Source: Chiloscyllium plagiosum
Lineage: Eukaryota
Assembly (NCBI RefSeq): GCF_004010195.1
Contig: NC_057718.1
Span: 17,831,501-17,869,274, forward strand
DNA: 37,774 nt
Reading direction: 5' to 3'
Position 1 is the stretch's first letter, and each line of letters starts with the position of its first letter. The notes beneath the pieces are model-generated. The model was not told where the DNA came from. It did no database searches and saw only the letters and a program-made list of their open reading frames with translations. This document shows, in pieces, positions 1 through 10,505 of this stretch. A program made the position numbers and the translations under genes.

Positions 1-192
1 GCCCCTCCCCCAAGTCCCTCCTCCCTACCTTTTATCTTAGCCTGCTTGGCACACCCTCCTCATTCCTGAAGAAGGGCTTATGCCCGAAACGTCGATTCTC
101 CTTCTCCTTGGATGCTGCCTGACCTTCTGCGCTTTTCCAGCAACACATTTATAAGCTCTGATCTCCAGCATCTGCAGTCCTCACTTTCTCCT
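1..192 (+). mobile_element. Penelope-like element (PLE) 3' terminal/pLTR fragment
   Basis: Carries the terminal sequence (GATGCTGCCTGACC...TTTTCCAGCA...CTCCAGCATCTGCAGTCCTCACTTTCTC) whose first part follows the GIY-YIG relic at 26184-26813; contains a hammerhead motif. Confidence 0.85.
62..97 (+). ncRNA. Minimal type-I hammerhead ribozyme (PLE-associated)
   Basis: CTGAAGA (66-72), extra A, stem II GGGC-TTAT-GCCC (74-85), GAAA (86-89), palindromic ACGT mini-helix III, GTC cleavage triplet (91-93). Confidence 0.8.
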
Positions 193-214
193 AGCCTTTC
201 CTTTTGCCCTAATA

Positions 215-803
215 GGAACATTGCGGCTGTACAAAACATTGGTTAGGCCACTTTTGGAATATTGTGTACAATTCCATTCTCCCTCATGTCGGAAGGATGT
301 TGTGAAATTTAAAAGAGTTCAGAAAAGATTTACAAGGATGTTGCCAGGGTTGGAGGGTTTGAGCTATCGGGAGATGCTGAATAGGCTGGAGCTGTTTTCC
401 CTGGAGTGTTGGAAGCTAAGGGGAGACCTTATAGAGGTTTATAAAATCATGAGGATTATGGATAGGATAAATAGACAAAGTCTTTTCCCTGGGTTGAGGG
501 AATCCAAAACTGGAGGGCATAGGTTTGAGGTGAGAGGGGAAAGATTTAAAAGGGACCTAAGGGGCAATGTTTCATTACAGATGGTTGTGTGTGTATGGAA
601 TGAGCTGCCAGAGGAAGTGGTGGAAGCTGGTACAATTACAATATTTAAAAGACATCTGGATGGGTATATAAATAGGAAGGATTTAGAGGGATATGGGCCA
701 AGTGCTGGCAAATGGGACTAGATTAGGTTAGGATATCTGGTGAGCATGGACGAGTTGGACTGAAGGGTTTGTTTCCATGCTGTATGTCTCTATGACTCTA
801 TGG
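215..803 (+). mobile_element. CR1-clade (HER1-like) LINE, 3' end of ORF2 plus 3' UTR
   Basis: ORF 221-721 LYKTLVRPLLEYCVQF...RVQKRFTRMLPGL...RGDLIEVYKIM is the typical CR1 ORF2 C-terminus; ends in a CTATGACT-type tail. Confidence 0.92.
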
Positions 804-826
804 CACTAATTCCTGAATCTTGATAA

Positions 827-1412
827 AGAAAGCGTTGCATTTATATCCCTTCTTTCACAACCTCAGGATATTGCCAAACTGCTTGGTCGCCATCCAATGC
901 TTCTGACATGAAGTCACTGCTGGACTGTACAAAACAGAAATGCAACTGTTGGTATAGCAAACTGTTCATGCAATGCCCAGATAATTTGTTTGGATGCTGT
1001 TGGTTGAGGAATAAGTATTGACCAGGTCACCACAGAAAACTCCCTTGCTTCGTGGGTGGCACAGTGGCACAGTGGTTAGCACTGCTGCCTCACAGCGCCA
1101 GAGACCCGGGTTCAATTCCCACCTCAGGCGACTGACTGTGTGGAGTTTGCACATTCTCCCCGTGTTCTGCGTGGGTTTCCTCCGGGTGCTCCGGTTTCCT
1201 CCCACAGTCCAAAGATGTGCAGGTCAGGTGAATTGGCCATGCTAAATTGCCCGTAGTGTTAGGTAAAGGGGTAACTGTAGGGGAATGGGTGGGTTGCGCT
1301 TGGCGGGTCGGTGTGGACTTGTTGGGCTGAAGGGCCTGTTTCCACACTGTAAGTAATCTAATCTCGTCTTTGCAATAATGCCAGTGGATCTTTCTCTAAG
1401 AGCAAGGACAGG
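827..1412 (-). mobile_element. Old Deu-domain (SacSINE1-like) SINE relic split by an HE1 SINE
   Basis: TTGCATTTATAT...CCTCAGGA...CCAGATAAT...TTGAGG-ATAAGTATTGACCAGG...AACTCCCTTGCT resumes after 1364; homologous to 6907-7100 and 31329-31575. Confidence 0.6.
1054..1364 (+). mobile_element. HE1-type tRNA-derived V-SINE
   Basis: A box TGGCACAGTGG, B box GGTTCAATTCC, V-domain GTGGAGTTTGCACATTCTCCCCG, LINE-derived tail ending (TAATC)n. Confidence 0.92.
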
Positions 1413-1430
1413 AACTCCAACAGTGTGTTT

Positions 1431-1651
1431 TTGCCCTTTGATGTGAAGGGCACTGCTTGTCACTGGCCACTCGGGTGTTTTCCTATCTTCCTGGTGGGAG
1501 AAATTGAATAAAGATTCGTGCACTTTGTGTCTCTCACTGTGTCTCACACCTGCACACACACACCATGGGTGCTGGGGAAAAAATAAGCACTACCACAGTT
1601 AGGCAGTAGTGTGGGGGTTAAGCAAAAAAAAAGAAAAAAAAAGAAAAAAAA
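1431..1651 (+). mobile_element. Tx1/L1-clade LINE 3' UTR (element A) with AATAAA and A-rich tail
   Basis: Highly similar to 10602-10757, which follows a Tx1-like ORF2 terminus; AATAAA near 1507; A-rich tail 1624-1651. Confidence 0.7.
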
Positions 1652-2003
1652 AGCACTGTATTGCGAAAAAAAACGAGATGCAGCCGGAAGGGGCAGGGAG
1701 GCAGGCTGTCTTAGAGTGGCTGGAAGGTGGGAGGGATGGGTGACATGCTGGGTTGCTGGGGGTCTGTATTTTATGCACTGTTTTTATGTAATTGGACTGT
1801 CTTATATGTGCTTGTCACTGTTACCGTTTTGTGATGTTTGAAACTGGGATTTGAGGTTTGTCCTCATTTCTCTGAAAACTGGTTGAACGTTAGGGTTTGG
1901 CCTGGCTTTGCTGCTCCTCTCCCTTGTAAATTGCTGTTTCTCTGTTTACAGCTGTTAATGGTAATTGTTTTGTCAACTGTATTGGTTAACAAAATAAAAG
2001 AAA
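1652..2003 (+). mobile_element. Unclassified non-LTR retroelement 3' end (element B)
   Basis: 3' part (GGGTTTGG..CTGGCTTTGCTGC..TGTAAATTGCT..CAGCTGTTAATG..TGGTTAACAAAAT) matches 10783-10893; T/G-rich UTR with an A-rich end. Confidence 0.55.
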
Positions 2004-2358
2004 AAGCAGAATGTCAGAGGTTCTGACACTCTGGGTGACGAGGCTGCGCCAGAGTCAAAGATGTTTGGCAACTTTTTCACACAGAGGGTGGTACGTGTAT
2101 GGAATGAGTTGCCAGAGGAAGTGGTGGAGGCTGGTACAATTGCAACATTTAAGAGGCATTTGGATGGGTATATGAATAGGAAGGGTTAGGAGGGATATGG
2201 GCTAGGTGCTGGCAGGTGGGACTAGATTGCGTTGGGATATCTGGTTGGCATGGATGAGTTGGACCGAAGGATCTGTTCCATGCTGTACATCTCTATGACT
2301 CTATGTTCCATGTGTAAATAAAGGGTGACTTGGTGACAGCCTCTGTGGAGCTATTTCA
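2004..2358 (+). mobile_element. Right half of a short solo LTR, interrupted by a CR1 tail
   Basis: TGTCAGAGGTTCTG..., GTAAATAAAGGGTGACTTGGTGA...GCCTCTGTGGAGCTATTTCA matches 10916-11032 and 24727-24813; ends in CA. Confidence 0.7.
2068..2306 (+). mobile_element. 5'-truncated CR1/HER1-like 3' end
   Basis: Near-identical to 565-803 and 8925-9160. Confidence 0.9.
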
Positions 2359-2782
2359 AGAACCATAGCAGATTAGGAATCGGACTGATTGCCACAGAAC
2401 ATTTACATGGTCATTTTCACTGTCAATTCCCAAGCAACAAAAGATTTTCCACCAATGGAGCCAAAAAGCGCCATCTAGAATTAATTCTAATCTATCCTAT
2501 TACAAAATAAACCTGTCAGATACTAAGGTGTCTGCATTTTGTGGCCACCAGCCACAGCACAGACAGACCTGTCCTAACCTCTGTAGAACCTATATCAGCC
2601 ACTGGGGGAAATGATCAGTCCTCAAGGAAACAGTTATCATCCAAGACTTTCTGAAGTTTTTAAAGTGGGATCAGCTGTAGTGGAACACTCCCCACAAAAT
2701 AAAAAGGAATCTCAGGCAACACAATGGGAGCAGCAGAAAACGAAGTACCACATTGTCCAGGAAGCAACCCTACAACCTTAAG

Positions 2783-3059
2783 TTGTACTTATATAGCTCC
2801 TTTAATGTAATAAAGTCATCATATGAAACTTGATGCTGAATCACAGAAAAATTTAAGAAAGATGACTAAAATATTGGTAGAGACATTTTGAGGAGCACCT
2901 TAAAGAAAAAGTGGGATGTAAAGAGGCAGAGGCATTCAGGGAGGGAATTCCAGAAGGCGTTGGCTGCTGAAGGCATGCCTGCTAATAATGGAACCATTAA
3001 AATTGAGGTCGGGTAAGAAACCAGAATTAGAGGTGTTCAGATATCTCGGAGGTTTGTAG
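2783..3059 (-). mobile_element. L2-clade LINE 3' relic
   Basis: TTGTACTTATATAGC terminus and GGGAGGGAATTCCAG motif typical of L2 3' ends; heavily decayed. Confidence 0.5.
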
Positions 3060-3137
3060 AAAGTAAAATGTAATGTGCAACATTTGCTCTTAATTACAAG
3101 ACAATGAATTTTGCATATCCAACTGAAGCAGCTGTAT

Positions 3138-3364
3138 AAAAGCAAATTACTGCGGATGCTGGAATCTGAAACCAAAAGAGAAAATGCTGAAAAATCTCAG
3201 CAGGTCTGGCAGCATCTGTAAGGAGAGAAAAGAGCTGACTTTTCGAGTCTAACTTACCCTTTGTCAAAGCTTTGACAAAGGTTCAGTTAGACTCGAAACT
3301 TCAGCTCTTTTCTCTCCTTACAGATGCTGCCAGACCTGCTGAGATTTTCCAGCATTTTCTCTTT
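3138..3364. mobile_element. Fold-back (palindromic) PLE terminal element with 14-bp TSD
   Basis: Inverted arms centred on AAGCTT (axis 3269/3270); TGAAGCAGCTGTAT duplicated at 3124-3137 and 3365-3378. Confidence 0.88.
3268..3306 (+). ncRNA. Minimal hammerhead ribozyme, U3-A8 core variant (mirror copy on the minus strand)
   Basis: AGCT-TTGACAA-A-GG(G/T)TC-AGTTA-GACTC-GAAAC(G/T)TC-AGCT; consensus of the two arms restores a 5-bp stem II and ACGT helix III. Confidence 0.65.
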
Positions 3365-3411
3365 TGAAGCAGCTGTATGCTTGGTTGCAGAGCTCTCACT
3401 GATCATCGCAG

Positions 3412-3684
3412 GCTAACACTGCTGCCTCACAGCACCGGGTTTGGTTCCAGTCTCAGGTAATTGTCTGTGTGGAAGTTTGCACATTCTCCCTGTGTCTACA
3501 TGAGTTTCTTCCCACAATTCAAAAATATGCAGGTTAGGTAAATTGGTCATGCTAAATTGCCTGTAGGGTTAGATGCATTAGTCAGAGGTAAATATGAAGG
3601 ATGGGTCTGGGTGGATTACTCTTCAGAGGGTCAGTGTGGACTTGTTGGGCCGAAGGGCCTGTTTCAATAATGTAGGGAATCTAA
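3412..3684 (+). mobile_element. HE1-type V-SINE, decayed
   Basis: CACTGCTGCCTCACAGC, V-domain and GGGCCGAAGGGCCTGTTTC tail. Confidence 0.85.
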
Positions 3685-3899
3685 CCATAATTTTATTGCA
3701 AGATTTCCTTTAATTGACACTCCCCAGTTGCTCTTCTTAATTCCATTTTTACCTGTGGTTTCCTTCTGACATTCCGTTGGATTTTGAGTGTGGAGAAGTC
3801 CCTACCACACACCGGAATGCATCCATTAGCCAGATGGCACCAGCCAAGAATTGCGTTCTTGCTTTCACTCCAGTTTGAGGTGTTTTGAGATGGCTCGAC

Positions 3900-4980
3900 T
3901 ACACAATCTGCTCTATGTAGGATAGGTGTTCCTTGGAGGGGTGGGTAGATGAGGTGTTGGGAAGTTTCTCTGAAGCCTTGAACTTCCCTTGGTGTGTTCC
4001 CAACCATGTGTTCTATATGCTCCTGAATAAACATTCTCCATTTTGGACAGACACAATCCAGAGATTCCAAGGAATTGTCAAGAATGGTGGATCACTTCAG
4101 GGGTGCTTTAAGTGCATCCCTGTTGCATCTTGTATTCCTATTGGGAGTTTCCTGTCATGAGCACATTCTGAAACGAGCTTTGGGAGGCTGGTGTCAGGCG
4201 TTGACAACAAGCCTTGCTGAGTGGAACTGATTTTCGGAGACTAGCTCCTCAATGATGGGTATGACAGCTAGGAAGAGGATGACTGATGTTGGTTCACCTT
4301 CCTTGTCACTGGAATTTGAGGATCTTACTGAAGCACCCAGTGGTGGTACATCTCGAGTGTTTTCAGGAACCTGAAGTAGATTTATGAGGCCTCCAGAGCC
4401 CTGTGGAAGTTTGGGATTTACTGCTGTCCAGTAAACCATGACCTTAGTATTGTATTTGAGCTCCTGGAAAGGTTGCACTGTGAGAGCTGGTTGATACAGA
4501 ATTTGCTGGGTGTTTAGCATAAGGCTCATTTTCAGATTGGGTTTGGAGAGGGAGTCAATAATGACTCAGGTCTTAATTTCTGAATGATTTCATTAAAAAA
4601 AAAACATCATTTGCCGAATGGAGCTCAAGAGCTAGTGTTGGAATGGTCTTGTTTCTGGATTGAAGGTAGCATGGATTGGCTTTCTCACCTGTTCTGTAGA
4701 TTATTTCAACTTGGCAGAAATGAGGCAGGGCAATGCAGCAAGAAAGATGAAGAGGATTGGTGCCATGACACAATATTGTTTGACTCTAGCATTCACCGAT
4801 GTAGAGTCTGTGGGTATTTCATGGGTAAGGACCATGGCTAACATTTCATTGTGGAGTAGGCAGAAGATGGCAACACATTTCTGATGATGGTCCAATTTGA
4901 AGGGGCTTCTTCATGAACCTTCAGGTTGACGGGGTCAAAGGATTTTTTTTGTAGTTGGAAAAGTACAGCCATTGGGGCTA
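3900..4980 (-). mobile_element. RTE-clade LINE relic (RT core to C-terminus), frameshifted
   Basis: Minus-strand ORF pieces LLHNEMLAMVLT...VKQYCVMAPILF (GVKQGCVxAPxLF), VEIIYRTG...LELHSAND (ELQYADD), ILYQPA, TKVMVY, IEELVSENQ, ESLDCVCPKWR resemble RTE-type RT motifs. Confidence 0.8.
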
Positions 4981-5825
4981 AATAAATGTGATGGAAATTT
5001 GACAAATGGTACAAGGTTAATATAGGTTATGCAAAGCTTTCACCACCATAGACAACAACATGTAAGAGAATATTTTTCAGTTACTAGAAAGAAAGCAATT
5101 TTGATTTTGGGATAATTCACTACATTTATTTCAAATTAATAGATTCTGGCATTGAGATACCAAATCAAAAAGCACTAGAATACTCAATTACATTCACAGT
5201 CACTTTTTTTGGAATGAGAATTCCTTAATCCTTTGAAATATCACATCATGAATTCTAAAGAGAAAATGGAGATTGACTTATTAGAACACTTAACCAGGAG
5301 ATATAAGTTAAACACACAGAAAGCCTGAATAACTTCAATGCATAGACAAGGAGTAGAGCTAAATTGAGGATTGCGTTACACAAGTGGGAAAGAATGCACT
5401 TTAAGCTTCAATTCTTGGATCTAAGTCCAATACAAATTGCTGGGATAAAATGTTTGTTTTTCTGGGTGTACCGGATAATTAGTCTTTGTTATCTCAGTTA
5501 TGGTGGGCAAAATGCCTCAGCAAAATATTAACTATCTAGACAGTAAATTGACAACATTGTTCAGAAACAGGTCACTGACAACTGTATTAAAGTATGCCAC
5601 TTCCCTGAGACTGTACATCATTGTGCAACCATCTCTAGTCAGTGTGTCTTGTTGGTAGCAAATGTCATACCCTGGGTGGTAAAGGAAGAGTTTGGGGATA
5701 TTGGCTGAGAATGCTCGACATGTGACAATGGCTTGATTCATCAGTAGAACAGCTCTCCCAATTTCATAATCTGGGTCCAGCTGATTGTGGGTGTACTCTT
5801 GGCCAATTTGGGACCGCAGTCAATA

Positions 5826-6063
5826 CAGAGTCAAAAGATGTGGCTCTGGAAAAGCACAGCAGGTCAGGCAGCATCCAAGAAGCAGGAGAGTTGATGTTTC
5901 GGGCATAAGCCCTTCATCAGGAATGTTCCCACATTCCTGATGAAGGGCTTATGCCTGAAACGTTGACTCTTCTGCTTCTCAGATGCTGCCTAACCTGCTG
6001 TGCTTTTCCAGAGCCACATCTTTTTGACTCTGATCTCCAGCATCTACAGTCCTCACTTTCTCT
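5826..6063. mobile_element. Fold-back PLE terminal element with two opposed hammerheads and a ~11-bp TSD
   Basis: Arms 5826-5926 and 5931-6032 around a TCCC loop; CAGTCAAT(A/G)CA at 5817-5827 and 6064-6074. Confidence 0.88.
5933..5968 (+). ncRNA. Minimal hammerhead ribozyme (mirror copy 5889-5924 on the minus strand)
   Basis: CTGATGA (5937-5943), A, GGGC-TTAT-GCCT, GAAAC-GTT. Confidence 0.75.
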
Positions 6064-6139
6064 CAGTCAATGCAAGTCAATCCATCATGCCTTGTTCTTA
6101 TTTCCGAATGTTTTGGTCCAATTTTGTGGTTTGCTGTGC

Positions 6140-6395
6140 CATAATGTGGTGGGTCTTGAGCCACATAAGGCTAGGAGTGCAGATTTCCTTCCCTGCAGGC
6201 CAATAGTGAACTAGATTTGTTTTTACGACAATTCAGTAGTTTCATGGTGAGCTATACCAATGTTAGTTTTTTAAATTCTCATTTACCTAATTTACCAAAT
6301 GTAAATTCCCCAGCCACTGTTGTGGTGTTGAAAGTATATCTTCTGATTATTGTCCAGACCTCTGGATTACTAGTCCAATGACATAATCACCATGT
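6140..6395 (-). mobile_element. tRNA-derived SINE relic (family not named)
   Basis: Homologous to 9415-10105 (CAGATTTCCTTC, AGTGAAC, TAGTCCA.TGAC). Confidence 0.6.
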
Positions 6396-6626
6396 TATTA
6401 AATTCATATATCCATAGCAATGCAGAAATCAAAGTTTAAAAGCTCTCATTGCATTTTCCTGACTAGGCAATCTGAAGCAGTGATATTACTGAAGAAAGGT
6501 TGTAATTATTTTAACATCTGTCAAATCACATTTCTTCTTTTTCTCCTGAGGATGATGATTCGTACTAGAGCACAATTCTACAGTCAGCATGCACTCTTGA
6601 TATCACACCTGAATCATGGTGCTGTT

Positions 6627-6722
6627 CTGAAACGTTAACTCTCTTTTTCTCCACAGATGCTGCTGCGTTTTTCCAGCAACTTCTGTTTTAGTTTCTGACT
6701 TCCAGCATCCGCAGATTTTTTT
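6627..6722 (+). mobile_element. PLE terminal fragment
   Basis: GAAACGTTAACTCT...CAGATGCTGC...TTCCAGCA...TTCCAGCATCCGCAG. Confidence 0.75.
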
Positions 6723-7209
6723 GTTTTTTATGTGTATCATGGGGCTTTTCTCAAATGGGGCTCACCAGACAATGAATCCCCGTGGAATCATTACAACTGA
6801 ATTGAGTCCAGTTCTCACCCAAAGTTTACTTTCCAGTCAGCTTCCTGGACTCTGGCAGATTTCACTATCCCTGAGACTAAGATTCCAATCAGAGCACCAA
6901 CGCTAAAGGAAAGGAAGGGATTTGTTTTCATATACTGTCTCCCACAATCACAGGATGTCCTAAAGTACTTCACCATCAATGAAATATTTCTGTGATGTTG
7001 CAGTCTGTTTGAATGCAGCAAAGCTGCACAAACCACAATGAGATAAACTAATCCTCTTTAAGTGACATTAATTGAGGGATAAAATTTGACCGGGACATCA
7101 GGATATAGAATCATTAAATCCCTACAGTGTGGAAGCAAGACATTTGGCCCATCAAGTCCACACTGACCTTCTGAAGAGCATCCCACCTGGACATTTTGAA
7201 ACCAATAAA

Positions 7210-7675
7210 ACTTAGTCAGAAAACAAGGGAGCTGGAACAAAGATAGTTTTTATACTGTTGAAAAAGTGGGAGGAGAAGGAAGAGTGGTGAATGTGTCCAG
7301 GAAAAAAAGGCAAACAGTGTGCTGATGGCAGTAGAGGAAAAGTATATAAACAAAGAATAGGTGTTAATAGGAGAAAATAGTTCTGCTGAGAACAAACCCA
7401 TGCAAACAAAACTCTCATATGCCAGGAGGTGTAGGAGGGAGTGTTCAAAATAGAGGACAGAGTTCATGGTATGACCTTGAGCTCAGTGTTGCATTTTGAA
7501 GACTGTAAGGTGCAGAATATTAGCTGCTGCTCCTTCAGCTTGTCCTGGGCTTTGCTGGAACACAACAATAGGCTTAGGACAGAAATGTAACTTTGAGAGC
7601 AAGATGGGGTGTTGTAATTGCAAGCAACTGGAAGGTTGATGTCATATTTTGAGGACAAAGTGGAGGTGTTCCCAC
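7210..7675 (-). mobile_element. Decayed PLE (GIY-YIG C-terminal region and UTR)
   Basis: 7500-7672 resembles 33030-33200 and the reverse complement of about 26420-26610; left boundary approximate. Confidence 0.55.
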
Positions 7676-7759
7676 AGGTCTCTCCAGATTTTCTTCAAAG
7701 AGTGTCAAGGTGACCTTTACCATCCACCTCAGAGGACAGACTGACATCCTTGGTTTAAT

Positions 7760-7848
7760 TCCTGAAGAGGGACTCCCGTCCGAAACGTCGCTTTACCTGC
7801 TCCTCGGATGCTGCCTGACCTGCTGTGCTTTTCCAGCACACACTCTCA
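7760..7848 (+). mobile_element. ~90-bp PLE terminal insertion consisting of a hammerhead plus tail
   Basis: CTGAAGA (7762-7768)-G-GGAC-TCCC-GTCC-GAAACGTC; TSD ATCCTTG(G)TTTAAT at 7746-7759 and 7849-7861. Confidence 0.85.
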
Positions 7849-8280
7849 ATCCTTGTTTAATGTATTATCCACAAAAAATATTATCACTGATTGTGCAGCT
7901 CTTCCTCAGCACTGCATTGAAGTGTCAGCCTGGATTACATACAATGGTCTCTAGAGTGGGGCTTTCTGATCCACAACTGAGCATGCTACAACCAGGCCAT
8001 GTCTAACAGCTTGTACTCACCTACATCAGTTAGGAAACGGCTCTGACAACACTGTTCCAATTTTGTAGTAGTATATGATTTGGGAGCAGAATTAGATTAT
8101 TCTTTCCCTCAAACCAGCTTTGCTATTCAATAAGATTATGTCTGATCTATTTATGTTTTGAATTCCATATTACCCCCACGAATATTTGATTCCTCCAACT
8201 CACAGGAATCTATTTCCACTTTAATTTAATGAGCTTGAAAGACAGAGAGCATATAAGTCACACAATCCTATAAGAAAAAA

Positions 8281-9160
8281 GAAGATGACCTCAGATTACA
8301 ACAGGATCTGGACCAGATGGGCCAATGGGCTGAGAAGTGGTAGATGGAGTTTAATTCAGATAAACGCGAGGTGCTGCATTTTGGGAAAGCAAATCTTAGC
8401 CAGGTTTTCCCACTTAATGGTAAGGTCCTGGGGAGTGTTGCTGAACACAGATAACTTGGAGCGCAGGTTCATAGCTCCTTGAAAGTTGAGTCGCAGGTCG
8501 ATAGGATAGTGAAGAAGGTGTGTGGTATGCTTTCCTTTATTGGTCAGAGTATTGAGTATCAGAATTAAAGGGTTAAGTTGCAGCTCTACAGGACAATGAT
8601 TAGGCCACTTTTGGAATATCGCGTGCAATTCTGGTCTCCTTCCTATCGGAAAGATATTATGAAACTTGAAAGGTCTCAGAAAAGATTTACAAGGATGTTG
8701 CCAGGATTGGAGGATTTAAGCTATAGGGATAGGCTGAACAGGCTGGGGCTGTTTTCCCTGGAGCATCGGAGGCTGAGGGGTGACCTTATAGAGGTTTATA
8801 AAATCATGAGGGGCATGCATAGGACAAATAGACAAGGTCTTTTTCCCTGGGGTGGAGAAGTCCAGAACTAGAGGGCATAGGTTTAGGGTGAGAGGGGCAA
8901 GATGTAAAAGGGACCTAAGGGGAAATGTTTTCATGCAGAGGGTGGTGTGTGTATGGAATGAGCTGCCAGAGGAAGTAGTGGAGGTTAGTACAATTACAGG
9001 ATTTAAAAGGCATCTGGGTGGGTATATGAACAGGAAGATGTTAGAGGGATATGGGCCAAGTGCTGGCAAATGGGACTAGATTAGGTTAGGATATCTGGTC
9101 AGCATGGACGAGTTGGACTGAAGGGTCTGTTTCCATGCTGTACATCTCTATGACTGTATG
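8281..9160 (+). mobile_element. CR1/HER1-like LINE 3' portion
   Basis: ORFs 8578-8871 and 8852-9079 encode the CR1 ORF2 C-terminus across a frameshift; CTATGACT tail. Confidence 0.92.
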
Positions 9161-9414
9161 ATCATGAGTCTTTGTCCTGAAAGGGCAACCTCTAATTGTA
9201 AAACAATTTCCGGACCCTATTTCCGGACTAATCCACAAGAGGACCCACATTATTTCCATGTCCATGTTGCGAAGACCATTCAGGGACTTACATAATTCAA
9301 CCAAATCACCCCTCACTCTTCGAAATGCTAGTGTAGGCAAGTCCAGCCTGTCCAACCTATCCCCATAAGATAAACAGGTGAAAATCAAGTCAACTTGCCT
9401 TGAACCACCTCGTA

Positions 9415-10105
9415 TGTTTTTATTAATTTATTCACAGGATGAGGACATCGCTGGCTCAGCCAGTATTTTTTGCCCATCCCTACTTACTCAGAGGTCAAAT
9501 GTAAGCCAGACCAGGTAAGGATGACAGATTTGGGGCGGCACGGTGGCACAGTGGTTAGCACTGCTGCCTCACAGCGCCAGAGACCCGGGTTCAATTCCCG
9601 ACTCGGGCGACTGACTGTGTGGAGTTTGCACATTCTCCCCGTGTCTGCGTGGGTTTCCTCCGGGTGCTCCGGTTTCCTCCCACAGTCCAAAGATGTGCAG
9701 GTCAGGTGAATTGGCCATGCTACATTGCCCGTAGTGTTAGGTAAAAGGGGTAAATGTAGGGGAATGGGTGAGTTGCGCTTCGGCGGGTCGGTGTGGACTT
9801 GTTGGGCCGAAGGGCCTGTTTCCACACTGTAAGTAATCTAATCTAATTTCCTTCTCTGAAGGACGTTAGTGAACCAGTTGAGTTTTCAAGGTCATCTGTT
9901 TGAATGATTGACTTTATTGTCACATGTACTTGGGAAAATACAGTGAAAAGAGTTTCAGGATCATCATTTGATTCTTAATTCCAGATTTTTAAGTGAAACC
10001 AAACTTCACCATCCACCATGGTAGGATTCAAACACAGGGTTCCCAGATCATTATGGGAACATCTAGGTTAATAGTCCAGTGACAATACCATGGGCCAACA
10101 CCTCC
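9415..10105 (-). mobile_element. tRNA-derived SINE relic hosting an HE1 insertion
   Basis: TTTATTCACAGGATG...TTGCCCATCCCT terminus; continues after 9846; homologous to 6140-6395. Confidence 0.6.
9533..9846 (+). mobile_element. HE1-type V-SINE, young (CpG-rich)
   Basis: GGGCGGCACGGTGGCACAGTGG, B box, V-domain, (TAATC)n tail. Confidence 0.93.
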
Positions 10106-10505
10106 ACTTAAATAAGGAATACAAAACTGCACGCTGTTTTTGAGATGTGGTCCTAGCAATGTTCCATAAAATCAAAGCGTAACATCATTATTTTTATGTT
10201 CAATCCCTCTTGTGATAAAGGATAGCATCCTATTAGCCTTCTTAATTTCTTGTTGTACCAACGTATTAACTAGTTATCATTAGAATATCTAGATTCCTCT
10301 TTAACTTTTCTCTTTAAGGAATACTTTGTTTTTTTCTTTATTCTTTCCAGTCCAAAGGAATCTCTCCTAAAATCAGAAAATCTTATTAACTGTAATGATT
10401 AGAATGAGGTCAGCCAGGTTGATCTCATAGAATATGAGTTCCCTCATTGGGCTGTTAACCCAGTCCAATAAGGGAGCCCCAAGCTGACAGATATAAGCAG
10501 GAGTG

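Larger units (their letters stand above)
6907..8000 (-). mobile_element. Deu-domain SINE relic split by an HE1 tail (7106-7190) and two PLE fragments
   Basis: 3' part at 6907-7100; 5' part at 7680-8000 (CATCCACCT..., CTCAGCACTGCATTGAAGTGTCAGCCTGGATT, GAGTGGG). Confidence 0.6.
8070..10270 (-). mobile_element. Old CR1 relic fragmented by younger insertions (pieces ~8070-8240, 9168-9400, 10110-10270)
   Basis: LSYGDRLDRLDLPTLAFRRVRGDLVELCK in ORF 9086-9388; flanking pieces are collinear CR1 3' sequence. Confidence 0.55.

Noticed and set aside
221..721. Functional CDS for the longer RT-like ORFs (also 14471-14923, 19530-20003, 20189-20635)
   Set aside because: 5'-truncated or frameshifted CR1 ORF2 fragments; not intact genes.
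1054..1130. tRNA-like sequence (also at 9533, 23204, 27833)
   Set aside because: SINE heads continuing into SINE bodies; not tRNA genes.
5540..5820. Possible decayed CR1 endonuclease 5' region
   Set aside because: Only short motifs recognisable; too degenerate to annotate.
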